DNA of 64,000 nt from Bacteroidota bacterium (GCA_024743405.1 JANSWP010000032.1:1831-65830), one strand, 5' to 3'; shown: positions 18,514 through 28,638, counted from the first letter of the stretch. Notes: generated from the sequence alone by a model not told the origin. Translations and numbers: made by a program.

Positions 18514-19911
18514 TTACTCAAACCCAAACAATTTTTTCTCTTTAATGATATCTTCAACTTCTTTTGGAACCATTTTCTCCCAGCCAGGCAAACTTTGATG
18601 GATCATCTTTAAAACGGTCTTTGAGTAAATAATTAGATTCTCTTCGGTATAATTTTGAACGTCAGTAATTTCTTGATTATCAACAAGGTGTCTATATAGG
18701 AACTGGATTTTTTTAGGAATGGGCAAATCGCTAGAATGCTTTAATTTTCTGTCTTTTACTGAGATGACTGGATAAACATACAATCGAACATTATTTAAAA
18801 ATATATCTCCAAAAGCGGCTAATAATCGCCCGCTATAATTCTTATCGTAGAGATTTTGAATCAGATTGTTCAATTGATTCAAGCCAATAACTAAGCCTAG
18901 ATTTTTGACTTTATATTCCTCTAAATACTCAATGAGTTTATTGTATTCTTCACAATTTGATACGATGACTGTATGCCCTAAAGAGCATAAAATTTCTGTT
19001 CTATCTAAGAAGTCTTGATCATTTAGTCCTCCATTTTCTTGAAGATTATCCAGTGTGATTTCGGTCAATAGAAAGGTCCTATTTTCATCAATCTCGGGTT
19101 CATTATTAAACTGAATAAAGCTCTTTTCTATCATATCTTGATTGACTAACGTCATTGGACGATAGCTACCCCGAACGACTAAGACGTGCTTTTTATACAA
19201 TAACTCAGATGCATGAATATTTTGACGGTTTGGCGCAATAATCGCCACTTCTGTCAGCCCTTTTTTTACTGCCCAAAGACTCAATAAACGATTGTCTAGA
19301 TGATCAAAGTCTGGCCCCGTCATTCGTATTAAATCAATTTGAACTCGGTCTTGCAAAGAATCCATCAAAGATTCCAAAAATACTTCTGGTTGGTCATTAT
19401 AAAAATAACAGCCATAAATGAGATTAACGCCTAAAATACCTACAGCTGATTGTTGCAACTGATAGTCATTATCCAACATTTTTACGTGTAAAACAATATC
19501 ATTTGGTTTACTGCTAGGAGTGAGTTGAAATCGAATTCCAAGCCAACCATGCCCTTTTATTGTCTTATGATAATCAATAGTTGAGACGGTATCTGCAAAT
19601 ACAAAAAGATTTGTATTGGGACGTTCCTTTGATAGTCGTTGTTCTATTAATTCATATTCATGATCCAACATCTTATACAATCTACTTTCGCAGACGTACC
19701 GCCCTTTTATTTCTGGCCCATAAATGTCATCTGAAACCGTTTTGTCATAAGCAGACATGGTTTTTGCAATTGTTCCTGCAGCAGCTCCAACTTTAAAAAA
19801 ATACCGTGCGACCTCTTGTCCTGCACCAATCTCGGCAAAGGTTCCGTAAATTTTTTCGTTTAGGTTAATGTCTAATGCTTTTTGGTCGGTATCTAATTTT
19901 TGATGCATCAT
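18514..19911 (-). CDS. conserved hypothetical protein (465 aa)
   Basis: Long uninterrupted ORF with coding-like composition. It is packed tightly between the MBL hydrolase and the M15 peptidase genes. I cannot place the N-terminal IYGTFAEIGAGQEVARYFFKVG motif in a named family. Confidence 0.75.
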   Translation of the reverse strand: MMHQKLDTDQKALDINLNEKIYGTFAEIGAGQEVARYFFKVGAAAGTIAKTMSAYDKTVSDDIYGPEIKGRYVCESRLYKMLDHEYELIEQRLSKERPNTNLFVFADTVSTIDYHKTIKGHGWLGIRFQLTPSSKPNDIVLHVKMLDNDYQLQQSAVGILGVNLIYGCYFYNDQPEVFLESLMDSLQDRVQIDLIRMTGPDFDHLDNRLLSLWAVKKGLTEVAIIAPNRQNIHASELLYKKHVLVVRGSYRPMTLVNQDMIEKSFIQFNNEPEIDENRTFLLTEITLDNLQENGGLNDQDFLDRTEILCSLGHTVIVSNCEEYNKLIEYLEEYKVKNLGLVIGLNQLNNLIQNLYDKNYSGRLLAAFGDIFLNNVRLYVYPVISVKDRKLKHSSDLPIPKKIQFLYRHLVDNQEITDVQNYTEENLIIYSKTVLKMIHQSLPGWEKMVPKEVEDIIKEKKLFGFE

Positions 19912-19926
19912 TTGTACCTTTTTCTT

Positions 19927-20568
19927 CTATTTCAAAAACGGATTATTCTCTCTTTCAAAGCCTACTGTCGTTGCTGGGCCATGTCCTGGATAAACTCGAA
20001 CATCATCACCTAATGGGTAAAATTGATTCACAATACTTCCTAATAAAGTTTTAAAATCTCCACCAGGTAAATCTGTTCGTCCAATACTTTGATAAAAAAG
20101 TACATCTCCTGCGATTACATATTTATCATCTTTGCAAAAAAATGAAATACTGGCAGGTGAATGTCCAGGTGTAAAAAGTGTTTCTAATTTTGTTTCTCCA
20201 AACTCGATAACCTCCCTTTCGGCAATGAATTTTTTCGGCATAGGAGAAGGTTCTGGATAGGGCAATCCATAAAACATGCTTACTTTAGGTACAGCTTCTA
20301 AAACTGGTAATTCCCCTTTGTGTATTTCCAAATCCAAGCCATATTTTTCACTAACAAACTTATTTCCAAAAACGTGGTCTATGTGACAATGTGTATTTAT
20401 TAGGCGAACTGGAACCAAGTTATTACGTTCGATATATAGCGCCAATTCATCTCGTTCGGCTTGGTCATAACAACCCGGATCAATGATTACACACTCTTTT
20501 GTGTCGTCGTATATCAAATAAGTATTTTCTTGGAAGGCATTGAAGGTAAAACTTACAACAGAAGACAT
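19927..20568 (-). CDS. MBL-fold metallo-hydrolase (glyoxalase II-like)
   Basis: 213 aa. HCHIDH zinc motif and PGHSP, PGHGP downstream motifs. Confidence 0.85.
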   Translation of the reverse strand: MSSVVSFTFNAFQENTYLIYDDTKECVIIDPGCYDQAERDELALYIERNNLVPVRLINTHCHIDHVFGNKFVSEKYGLDLEIHKGELPVLEAVPKVSMFYGLPYPEPSPMPKKFIAEREVIEFGETKLETLFTPGHSPASISFFCKDDKYVIAGDVLFYQSIGRTDLPGGDFKTLLGSIVNQFYPLGDDVRVYPGHGPATTVGFERENNPFLK

Positions 20569-20815
20569 ATATTTTACGTTGAGAGTTCAGGGTTCACCGT
20601 TCACGAGTTTTTTCTTTCGGGAACTTGAACCGCTTGAAGTTTTCAAATGGAAACCCTAACTTGGTTTCTTTTGTTAATTTCTTCGCGAAAGTAGTAACTC
20701 GAAATTACTTTTAGCGCCAAAAAAGGAATAATTGACATTCAAGCAAGTGGCAAACTCCAAATCAGCTTATTTCCTGACCACGAACTGCCACATGCATACT
20801 GCGAATTATCATAAT

Positions 20816-23800
20816 ATGCAACTAAAACTATACATTTTCAGCCTTCTTTTTATTGTGAATTGTGCTCTTTTTGCGCAAACCACCCAAACCCAATTTGGTA
20901 AAAATAGAGTTCAATACCACCAAGAGTTTAAAGAATGGTCTACCTATGAGAGTCGCAACTTTATTACTTATTGGTATGGCGAGGCGCGATTTATTGGGCA
21001 GTCGGTTGTCCAAATAGCAGAATACGATTTCAATGACATCCAAGGTATTTTGGAACATCGAATGAACGATAAAATTGAAATTATCGTCTATAAGGATTTG
21101 ACTGATTTAAAGCAAAGTAATATTGGAAGTGAGGAGGCATTTATGAATACCGGTGGTCAAACAAAGATTGTTGGTAATAAGATGTTCGTTTATTTTAATG
21201 GGGATCATACCCATTTGCGCCGCCAAATTCGAGAAGGTATTGCATCTGTATATTTAAATGCTATGTTGTTTGGCTCAAACCTGCAAGAAATCGTGCAAAA
21301 TGCCGTCATGATGAATTTACCCCTATGGTTTAAAGATGGCTTGATTGGGTATGTTGGCGAAAATTGGAATACTGATTTGGATAATCAATTAAGAGATGTT
21401 CTACTATCTGGAAAATATAATGGTTTTGATGAAATAGCGGAGGCTTATCCGAAATTAGCTGGTCAGGCACTTTGGTATTTTATTGGTGAAAATTATGGTG
21501 TATCGACAGTTTCAAATCTATTGTACTTGACTCGAATCAACAGGAGCATCGATAGTGGTTTTTTGTATGTGCTAGGGAGTACTTATCAAAAGACATTGGA
21601 GAGTTGGGAATTATTTTTTAAACAAAGATATGAAGAAGAGGTCAAGACAATGACGGAGCCAACGGGTCTGGTTAAAGTGAAAAACAAGAGAAATTTACCA
21701 TTAACCCAATTAAAAATTAGTCCTGACGGTTCAAAAATCGCTTATGTTTCAAATGAAATTGGGCGATATAAAATATACATTCACGATCTTCAGATTGGTG
21801 ATAGGGAGATCGTCTTCAAAAATGGTTTTCGAAATGCTATTCAAGCAACTGACTATAATTATCCATTATTGGCTTGGAACCCAAGTGGCTTTGAGTTAGC
21901 GATTATTTATGAAGAACACGACAAAATTCAATTCATAAAATATGACCTCCAAACCAAAGAGAAAATTACGGAATCTGTTCCCAACCAATTTCAAAGATGG
22001 TATTCTGCTGAATATATTAACTCTACAGATTTGGTCGTTTCGGCAGCAGTTCGTGGACAGAGTGATATCTTTTTGTACTTCACTATGACGCGGCAGTCAC
22101 AGCGTCTGACTCATGATTTTTGGGATGATTTGGATGCGACTTTTGTAAAAGTTCATGATCAAAGAGGTATTTTATTTTCCTCCAACCGTTTGGATTCGAT
22201 GAATATAAAAATGTCATTGGACACGGTTTTACCTGTTTTAAATTTTGATCTATTCTATTTAGATTTGGATAATAAGAATGCTAAAGAATTAGTTCGCGTG
22301 ACCAATACACCACTTATTGATGAGCGTTCGCCAATAGGAATCGATGATAAATGGTTTAGTTTTGTAACCGATGAATCTGGGGTTTTCAATCGAAAAACGG
22401 GTTACCTAGAAGATTATATTCATCATTTTGAAAACGTCATTATTTTCGACGGAGGAACGGAAATGCGCCTTCATGCGGACTCAATTATTTCAAATGTCTT
22501 GGATAGCGTTGCCTATTCAAAAATTGAATCAGTGGTTTTGGACACGATTTATAAAACCCGCTCAGTTAATCATTTTAATTCCAATCTTGATCGAGGTATT
22601 TTTACTCAAAGTGCATCACGTCGAACACCTAAAGTGGCTACTTCTATCTTCAGAAATGGAACTTATGAGTTTTATATTGCAGATATCAAACCCTCCGAAA
22701 GTGAAGTACCCAAACCCACGAAGTTTCAAATGGAGAAAATGGATTTTCTAGAGGGTATTACAACGATTAATGAGGGAGACAATCCTGAATTTGAACCTGT
22801 CAATGTGACTGTTTTAGAGAAAGAGGAACCTAAGAAACAAGAAGAACCGGAAGAATCAGACTGGAGTTTTCAATCAGGTTTTGAGAAGGATAAACCAAAA
22901 GAAGATACCTCGAAAGTAGACATTGATAATTATTTGTTTCAAAGTGAATTTGATGATGAAGAAATTCCAGTTAATAATACTGAGATTGAACCAGAGGAAG
23001 ATGAAGGTAATTTGACGCTTCAACAACAATTGACTTATAGACCTGATTTTGAGGAAATTACTCCAGTCAAAAAAGTACATAAATTCCGCCCTGGGCGAAT
23101 TACGCCTTATCGTGTAAAATTCCGAACGGACTATGTAACGACCCAGTTGGATAATAGTCTTTTATTTGATGGATTGAGTAACTATGCTGGTGTTCCAGAA
23201 GATTTTGGTTATCCGCCACCAGGTATTTTATTCAAATCAAATTTTAAGGATTTATTTGAAGATTATGAGTTTGAGGCAGGTATTCGCGTGCCTACTTCTT
23301 TCAATGGTGCGGAGTATTTTGTCGTCTATAAAGACAAGAAAAAGCGCTTCGATAAGCAAATTTCTTTTTATCGTCGGCGATTGAGGTTTAATAATATGTT
23401 GTTAGATCCACCGCCACCTTCTCAAATGCGTCCACCTACTCCTGCGACTGATCGAGTGCAGGAGGAAATTGTCTTAGGACAATATCAATTACGGTATCCA
23501 ATTGATATTTTTACAAGCTTAAGAGGGACAACTACTTTGCGATTCGATAATGCGAAACAATTGGCGACAGATGCATATGCAGTTGGACAAGGGGTACGGA
23601 AACAACAACATCTTGGCTTCAAACTCGAATATGTTTTTGATAATACAATTGATGTTTCATTAAATATCAAAAATGGAACTCGATATAAAGTGTTTGGTGA
23701 GTTCGTAAAAGCTTTCAATTTGTCTTTTACAGATGGTGCAGATTTGAGTTTGAATGAAGGGCATATGTTAATAGTTGGGCTCGATGCACGACATTATCAA

Positions 23801-24370
23801 CGATTTTTGAAACACTCAATTTTGGCAGTTCGAGTTGCAGGCGCATCTTCATTTGGTACTGAAAAAATACTCTATATGGTCGGTGGAACAGATAATTGGT
23901 TGTTTCCAAAAATCAATACTGACATTCCACGCCCTGATCCTGGCAATGGCGATTTTGTTTATCAAGCCGTTGCTACTAATGCTCGTGGCTTCAAAATGAA
24001 TATCCGAAATGGAAATTCTTATGCTTTGACAAATATCGAAGTACGGATGCCGATTTTCCGATACCTTTTTAAACGAACCCAATCTTCTTTCTTGCGCAAT
24101 TTCCAAGTGGTCGGTTTCTTTGATGCAGCTACGGCTTGGCAAGGTTTGTCACCTTTCGATGATGAGAGCCCACTTAATACTTATGTGAACTCGAATGGTC
24201 CCGTTACCGTTCGTGTCAATTTCTTCCGAGACCCTGTAGTTTTTGGTTACGGAGGTGGTATTCGAACAGTTTTGTTTGGGTATTTTATTCGACTAGATTA
24301 TGCGAGAGGAATTGAGACGCGAACATTGCAAGATCCGCGGTTGCATTTTTCGATTGGGATGGATTTTTAA
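20816..24370 (+). CDS. large outer-membrane protein: TolB-like beta-propeller region plus Omp85-like C-terminal barrel
   Basis: I chose the start at the signal peptide MQLKLYIFSLLFIVNCALFAQ. PD40-like segment (ISPDGSKIAYVSNEIGRYKIYIHD). Acidic linker. The barrel-like end is GGGIRTVLFGYFIRLDYARG...FSIGMDF with a terminal Phe. Confidence 0.55.
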   Translation: MQLKLYIFSLLFIVNCALFAQTTQTQFGKNRVQYHQEFKEWSTYESRNFITYWYGEARFIGQSVVQIAEYDFNDIQGILEHRMNDKIEIIVYKDLTDLKQSNIGSEEAFMNTGGQTKIVGNKMFVYFNGDHTHLRRQIREGIASVYLNAMLFGSNLQEIVQNAVMMNLPLWFKDGLIGYVGENWNTDLDNQLRDVLLSGKYNGFDEIAEAYPKLAGQALWYFIGENYGVSTVSNLLYLTRINRSIDSGFLYVLGSTYQKTLESWELFFKQRYEEEVKTMTEPTGLVKVKNKRNLPLTQLKISPDGSKIAYVSNEIGRYKIYIHDLQIGDREIVFKNGFRNAIQATDYNYPLLAWNPSGFELAIIYEEHDKIQFIKYDLQTKEKITESVPNQFQRWYSAEYINSTDLVVSAAVRGQSDIFLYFTMTRQSQRLTHDFWDDLDATFVKVHDQRGILFSSNRLDSMNIKMSLDTVLPVLNFDLFYLDLDNKNAKELVRVTNTPLIDERSPIGIDDKWFSFVTDESGVFNRKTGYLEDYIHHFENVIIFDGGTEMRLHADSIISNVLDSVAYSKIESVVLDTIYKTRSVNHFNSNLDRGIFTQSASRRTPKVATSIFRNGTYEFYIADIKPSESEVPKPTKFQMEKMDFLEGITTINEGDNPEFEPVNVTVLEKEEPKKQEEPEESDWSFQSGFEKDKPKEDTSKVDIDNYLFQSEFDDEEIPVNNTEIEPEEDEGNLTLQQQLTYRPDFEEITPVKKVHKFRPGRITPYRVKFRTDYVTTQLDNSLLFDGLSNYAGVPEDFGYPPPGILFKSNFKDLFEDYEFEAGIRVPTSFNGAEYFVVYKDKKKRFDKQISFYRRRLRFNNMLLDPPPPSQMRPPTPATDRVQEEIVLGQYQLRYPIDIFTSLRGTTTLRFDNAKQLATDAYAVGQGVRKQQHLGFKLEYVFDNTIDVSLNIKNGTRYKVFGEFVKAFNLSFTDGADLSLNEGHMLIVGLDARHYQRFLKHSILAVRVAGASSFGTEKILYMVGGTDNWLFPKINTDIPRPDPGNGDFVYQAVATNARGFKMNIRNGNSYALTNIEVRMPIFRYLFKRTQSSFLRNFQVVGFFDAATAWQGLSPFDDESPLNTYVNSNGPVTVRVNFFRDPVVFGYGGGIRTVLFGYFIRLDYARGIETRTLQDPRLHFSIGMDF

Positions 24371-24451
24371 TTTCAAATGAAAATCGAAATAGTAGAACCC
24401 AATCGAATATTGAATGATGTCTAGACATGAGAAAATTTCGAATTTTATAAT

Positions 24452-24868
24452 CTAAACAAATTTCGAAACATACCCTAAATACCCTTGTTCTCCAAACTCT
24501 TTCCGCCAAAATCGAACAGATTTAATTAGTCGATTAAATCCCATCACATAAAGGGCTGGTAAAGAGGCAATTGGTATGCCATTAGGGGCAATGTCAGGGT
24601 TGTTAATAAAATGAGAATCGGCTTCCATTTCTTCTCTTGCTTCAAGCATATTCAAAATCTCATCCATTAAAATTTGTCGTCTTTCTATAGACGATAATGG
24701 TTCTTCGATGCTTTTTCCTTGTGCTTTTTTTTGAAAAAATTCCTTTAATTTGCCATAAGCATATTCGACATCTTTGTCTTTTAATAACCGAAATTCTTCC
24801 CAAATAGAAATTGTTGTTGATTCTATGGTGTGTAAAATAGCTTGTAAATAAATAGGTGGTTCGCCCAT
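24452..24868 (-). CDS. hypothetical protein (138 aa)
   Basis: ORF 14 nt downstream of the sigma-54 regulator gene on the same strand. No recognisable motif. Confidence 0.55.
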   Translation of the reverse strand: MGEPPIYLQAILHTIESTTISIWEEFRLLKDKDVEYAYGKLKEFFQKKAQGKSIEEPLSSIERRQILMDEILNMLEAREEMEADSHFINNPDIAPNGIPIASLPALYVMGFNRLIKSVRFWRKEFGEQGYLGYVSKFV

Positions 24869-24882
24869 TTTAATCTTTTTTA

Positions 24883-26274
24883 TTATAGTCCATATTTTTC
24901 CAAACGCCGATACAAGGCCGCTCGGGTAATTCCTAATTCTGCAGCCGCTTTTGTAATGTTTCCACGATTTTTAGTCATGGCTTTTTGAATAGCCCATTTT
25001 TCTAATTCATCTAAATTATAGGAATTGACTGAATTTTCTTCACTGCTACCTTGGCTTGGGCGAAGTAGAAAATCATCTGGTTTGAGGACGCGACCTTCGC
25101 ATAAGATAACCGCTCGTTCGATAGAGTGTCGGAGTTCTCGAATATTCCCTTGCCAAGTATAATCTTGAAGGGTCTTCATTGTGCCTGAACCGAACTTGAG
25201 TTCTGGCTTTTGATATTTTCGGGCGTAACTTTTTAGGAAATAATTAGCTAAATCAGGAATATCTTCAGGTCGCTCACGGAGCGGCGGCAATTTTATTTCG
25301 ACGGTATTAATTCGATATAGCAAATCTTGCCGAAAATTATTTTCGCTCACCATCTCATACAACGGCATATTAGTCGCACAAATCAATCGAATATCAATAT
25401 TGATGGGTTGATTTGTACCCACTCGCATGATTTGTTTGGTTTGAATAGTTGTTAATAATTTCGCCTGCAAAGGCAAAGAGAGGTTTCCTATTTCATCTAA
25501 AAATAAAGTGCCTTTTGAGGCAACTTCGAATCTACCAACTCTATCTTCGTAAGCATCCGTAAAAGAGCCTTTTTTATGTCCAAATAATTCAGATTCGAAT
25601 AGCGTTTCAGGCACTGCGCCTAAGTCAACATTTATAAAAACTTCGTTGTTTCGTTTTGATTGCCTGTGTAAAGATCTGGCAATTAGTTCTTTACCTGTTC
25701 CATTTTCGCCTAAGATTAAAACATTAGCATCTGTTTGAGCAACCTTTTTAATAGTATTGTAAATATCCTTCATCACTTGCGACTCGCCAATGATTTCTCC
25801 ATATTGTTGGTCAATATCTTGACTTAAAACTCGTTGTTGGTTTTGTAATTGATTAACTTTTTGGTTGGTCTGGCTCAATTTAAAAACAGAGTGAATCGTT
25901 GCCAATAGTCGCTCATTTCGCCAAGGTTTTTCTACAAAATCTGCCGCCCCTGCTTTTAATGCATCGACTGCCACATTTACGTCACCAAAAGCGGTGACCA
26001 TGATGACCGTCGCTTCAGGATCTAATTCGATTATCTTTTTTAACCATCGCATACCTTCTTTTCCACTCGTATCCCCTTTTCGAAAATTCATATCTAGCAG
26101 AATAATATCAGGCTTTTGTTGACGTAAAAGTCGCGGTATCAAATTCGGATTATGTTCCGTAATGACATTAGTGAAAAATTGTTTCAGGTATAGACGAAGG
26201 GAGAGTCGGATGTCTTCTTCGTCATCAACGATGAGTATGGTGCCTTCATTTCTCATAGAGTAGAGTAGTTTCAA
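24883..26274 (-). CDS. sigma-54-dependent response regulator (NtrC family)
   Basis: Receiver domain ILIVDDEEDIR..LLDMNF. AAA+ domain with Walker A GENGTGKE and ESELFGH. C-terminal Fis-type HTH. No sensor kinase gene lies adjacent. Confidence 0.9.
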   Translation of the reverse strand: MKLLYSMRNEGTILIVDDEEDIRLSLRLYLKQFFTNVITEHNPNLIPRLLRQQKPDIILLDMNFRKGDTSGKEGMRWLKKIIELDPEATVIMVTAFGDVNVAVDALKAGAADFVEKPWRNERLLATIHSVFKLSQTNQKVNQLQNQQRVLSQDIDQQYGEIIGESQVMKDIYNTIKKVAQTDANVLILGENGTGKELIARSLHRQSKRNNEVFINVDLGAVPETLFESELFGHKKGSFTDAYEDRVGRFEVASKGTLFLDEIGNLSLPLQAKLLTTIQTKQIMRVGTNQPINIDIRLICATNMPLYEMVSENNFRQDLLYRINTVEIKLPPLRERPEDIPDLANYFLKSYARKYQKPELKFGSGTMKTLQDYTWQGNIRELRHSIERAVILCEGRVLKPDDFLLRPSQGSSEENSVNSYNLDELEKWAIQKAMTKNRGNITKAAAELGITRAALYRRLEKYGL

Positions 26275-26369
26275 TTGGCAATATAGGAATTTGGGGTTTC
26301 TTAAAAGGATAAATAAAGAGATTACTTATCGTAACCATCTACTTTTAAGTTGGTTTTTAGACGTAATCC

Positions 26370-27680
26370 CTATATTCTTCGAATTTCTGCCCCAATTGCA
26401 TTCAGTCTTCCATCAATATTTTGATAGCCTCGGTCAATTTGATTGATATTGTCGATAATACTTGTTCCTTTTGCTGAAAGCGCAGCGATTAAAAGTGCAA
26501 CTCCAGCTCGAATATCAGGCGAAGTCATTCGAATACTACGTAATTGATGTCGGCGATTTAACCCTATAACTGTCGCTCGGTGTGGATCACAAAGTATAAT
26601 TTGCGCACCCATGTCAATTAGTTTATCTACAAAAAATAGGCGGCTTTCAAACATTTTTTGATGAATTAATACACTCCCCTTAGCCTGTGTTGCCATAACT
26701 AAAATAATACTCATCAAATCTGGAGTAAAGCCCGGCCATGGAGCATCATAAATGGTCATAATCGAACCATCAATGAATGATTGAATTTGAAATTCTTCTT
26801 GAGAAGGAATATAAATGTCATCTCCTCTAATTTCAAAATTGACGCCCATTCTTTCAAAAATTGGTAAGGTATTTCCCAATTCTTTTACTTGAACATCTTT
26901 TATCGTAATCTCAGATTGAGTCATAGCGGCTAACCCAATAAAGGATCCAATTTCAATAAAGTCAGGTAATAGCCGGTGCTCTGTTCCATTCAAAGAAGTG
27001 ACACCCTCAATTGTTAAAAGGTTGGAGCCAATACCTGATATTTTTGCACCCATCCGGTTTAACATTCGACATAATTGTTGTACATAAGGTTCGCAGGCCG
27101 CATTATATATCTGAGTTACACCTTCTGCTAAAATAGCCGTCATTACTACATTTGCTGTACCTGTAACGGAAATTTCATCCATTAAAAGATAAGTTCCTTT
27201 TAATCCTTTTGTAGTGACATTGTAAACACTTTTATCGGCATCATAATCGAAAATTGCTCCTAATTTTTGAATGCCTCTAAAGTGGGTATCCAATCTTCTT
27301 CGTCCGATTTTATCACCTCCTGGTTGGGGCAAAAATGCTTTTCCAAATCTAGCTAAAAGTGGTCCAATCAACATAACAGACCCTCTGATACGACGAGCAT
27401 TTGAAATGAATTCTTTGGATTCAAAAAAACTTAGGTCTACATCATCAGCTTGGAATGAATAAGCACCCACGCCAAGTTTTTCAATTTTGACATTCAAACC
27501 TCTTAATAAATCCAATAATCGATTAACATCCCTAATATCAGGTAGATTGGAGATTGTAACTTTTTTTGAAGTAAGTAAAGGAGCACATAAAACTTGAAGG
27601 GCTTCGTTTTTTGCACCTTGAGGAATGAGTTCACCTTTGAGTTGCTTACCTCCAATGACTTCAAATGAGTCCGTTGTCAT
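26370..27680 (-). CDS. murA: UDP-N-acetylglucosamine 1-carboxyvinyltransferase
   Basis: 436 aa. It starts FEVIGGKQLKGELIPQGAKNEALQVL and has the catalytic-loop region PGGDKIGRRRLDTH typical of MurA. Confidence 0.95.
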   Translation of the reverse strand: MTTDSFEVIGGKQLKGELIPQGAKNEALQVLCAPLLTSKKVTISNLPDIRDVNRLLDLLRGLNVKIEKLGVGAYSFQADDVDLSFFESKEFISNARRIRGSVMLIGPLLARFGKAFLPQPGGDKIGRRRLDTHFRGIQKLGAIFDYDADKSVYNVTTKGLKGTYLLMDEISVTGTANVVMTAILAEGVTQIYNAACEPYVQQLCRMLNRMGAKISGIGSNLLTIEGVTSLNGTEHRLLPDFIEIGSFIGLAAMTQSEITIKDVQVKELGNTLPIFERMGVNFEIRGDDIYIPSQEEFQIQSFIDGSIMTIYDAPWPGFTPDLMSIILVMATQAKGSVLIHQKMFESRLFFVDKLIDMGAQIILCDPHRATVIGLNRRHQLRSIRMTSPDIRAGVALLIAALSAKGTSIIDNINQIDRGYQNIDGRLNAIGAEIRRI

Positions 27681-27769
27681 GTTTTATTAATATTTTTAAG
27701 TTATTCGAATTAGGAGCTCAAAGGTGGGGAAAAGTATGGTTTTTTCAGTAAGTAATATTGGGAATTCAT

Positions 27770-27811
27770 GCATAAAAACAAAAGGACACTTGAATGTTCG
27801 AGTGTCCTTTT
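27770..27811 (-). terminator. intrinsic terminator after the DUF4290-like gene
   Basis: aaaggacact / agtgtccttt is a 10-bp perfect stem (27781-27810). It is followed on the minus strand by TTTTTGTTTTT. Confidence 0.7.
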
Positions 27812-27834
27812 GCTTTGAATCAATTTTGAAAAAA

Positions 27835-28545
27835 TTATCGTCTTCTTCTGCGGTGTCCGCCGCCATCTCTATCTCGACCACCACCTCCACGACTATCTCT
27901 TCTTCTTCCTCCTCTATTATTTCTACCTCTATCGTCACGATCATTTTTATTTGAAACAGTATTTCTTCGTCTTCTTTTATTCGCTTGGGTTAATCCATCT
28001 AACGATGCATCTTCAATGAGCTCTAATTTCCCATTAGAGAGGTTATGTAAATCTCCAACAATAACATCGTCGCTTACATAGGTATCCTTATTCCATGTCC
28101 GATACGCTAATTTCATATAAGAGCCAATAACTTGAACGAAACCTTCTTTGATTGGTCCAGGTTCCATTTCTAAAGCTCTATTAATAAGTATTTGGACATT
28201 TTGCCCATAATGTCTATATCTAGTTTCTTTCTTAGGATAAGGAATTCTATCAGGTTGTTTACGAACATCTTCGGGTGTAGGAATAATGCCATTTGGAGGA
28301 AAAACTCCTGGAAGGTCATAATCTGCAATTCTGAAAACATGCTTCCACATTTTTGTTCGATAATCATCTAGATTACGGTTCTGAGGATGCATTTGCATCA
28401 TTAGATTAACAACTTCCTCAACAAAAGATTGTCGTTCCTCTAAATTTTCAATTTCTCTGGCATGTCGAATTAATGTCTGAACATTTCTGCCATATTCAGG
28501 TATTATTAAAAGTTCTTTTTGAGAGTTGTAAGTCATTATATTCAA
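27835..28545 (-). CDS. DUF4290-like protein with Arg/Gly-rich tail
   Basis: The N-terminus ..LLIIPEYGRNVQTLIRHA.. and the position upstream of murA fit the Bacteroidota DUF4290 family. The last ~45 aa are RRRRNTVSNKNDRDDRGRNNRGGRRRDSRGGGGRDRDGGGHRRRRR. Confidence 0.65.
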   Translation of the reverse strand: MNIMTYNSQKELLIIPEYGRNVQTLIRHAREIENLEERQSFVEEVVNLMMQMHPQNRNLDDYRTKMWKHVFRIADYDLPGVFPPNGIIPTPEDVRKQPDRIPYPKKETRYRHYGQNVQILINRALEMEPGPIKEGFVQVIGSYMKLAYRTWNKDTYVSDDVIVGDLHNLSNGKLELIEDASLDGLTQANKRRRRNTVSNKNDRDDRGRNNRGGRRRDSRGGGGRDRDGGGHRRRRR

Positions 28546-28552
28546 GTTGAAA

Positions 28553-28632
28553 ATGGGTAATTAGCGTCTTCTTTTAGCTTCAAATATACAGAAACTTCAA
28601 GGTTTGAAATGATTAATCCACTAATTACCCAT
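28553..28632 (-). terminator. long hairpin downstream of glmS
   Basis: atgggtaattag / ctaattacccat is a 12-bp perfect stem enclosing 56 nt that contain a nested ttcaaa/tttgaa pairing. It starts 7 nt after the glmS stop. Confidence 0.45.
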
Positions 28633-28638
28633 CAAGAA

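Noticed and set aside
20732-20815. Upstream start for the large outer-membrane protein
   Set aside because: It is a non-ATG start. The signal peptide begins at the ATG at 20816.
27696-27954. E-rich (minus) and S-rich (plus) ORFs of 76-82 aa
   Set aside because: These are alternative frames of the DNA that encodes the Arg/Gly-rich tail, and they run into the terminator region. They are compositional artefacts.
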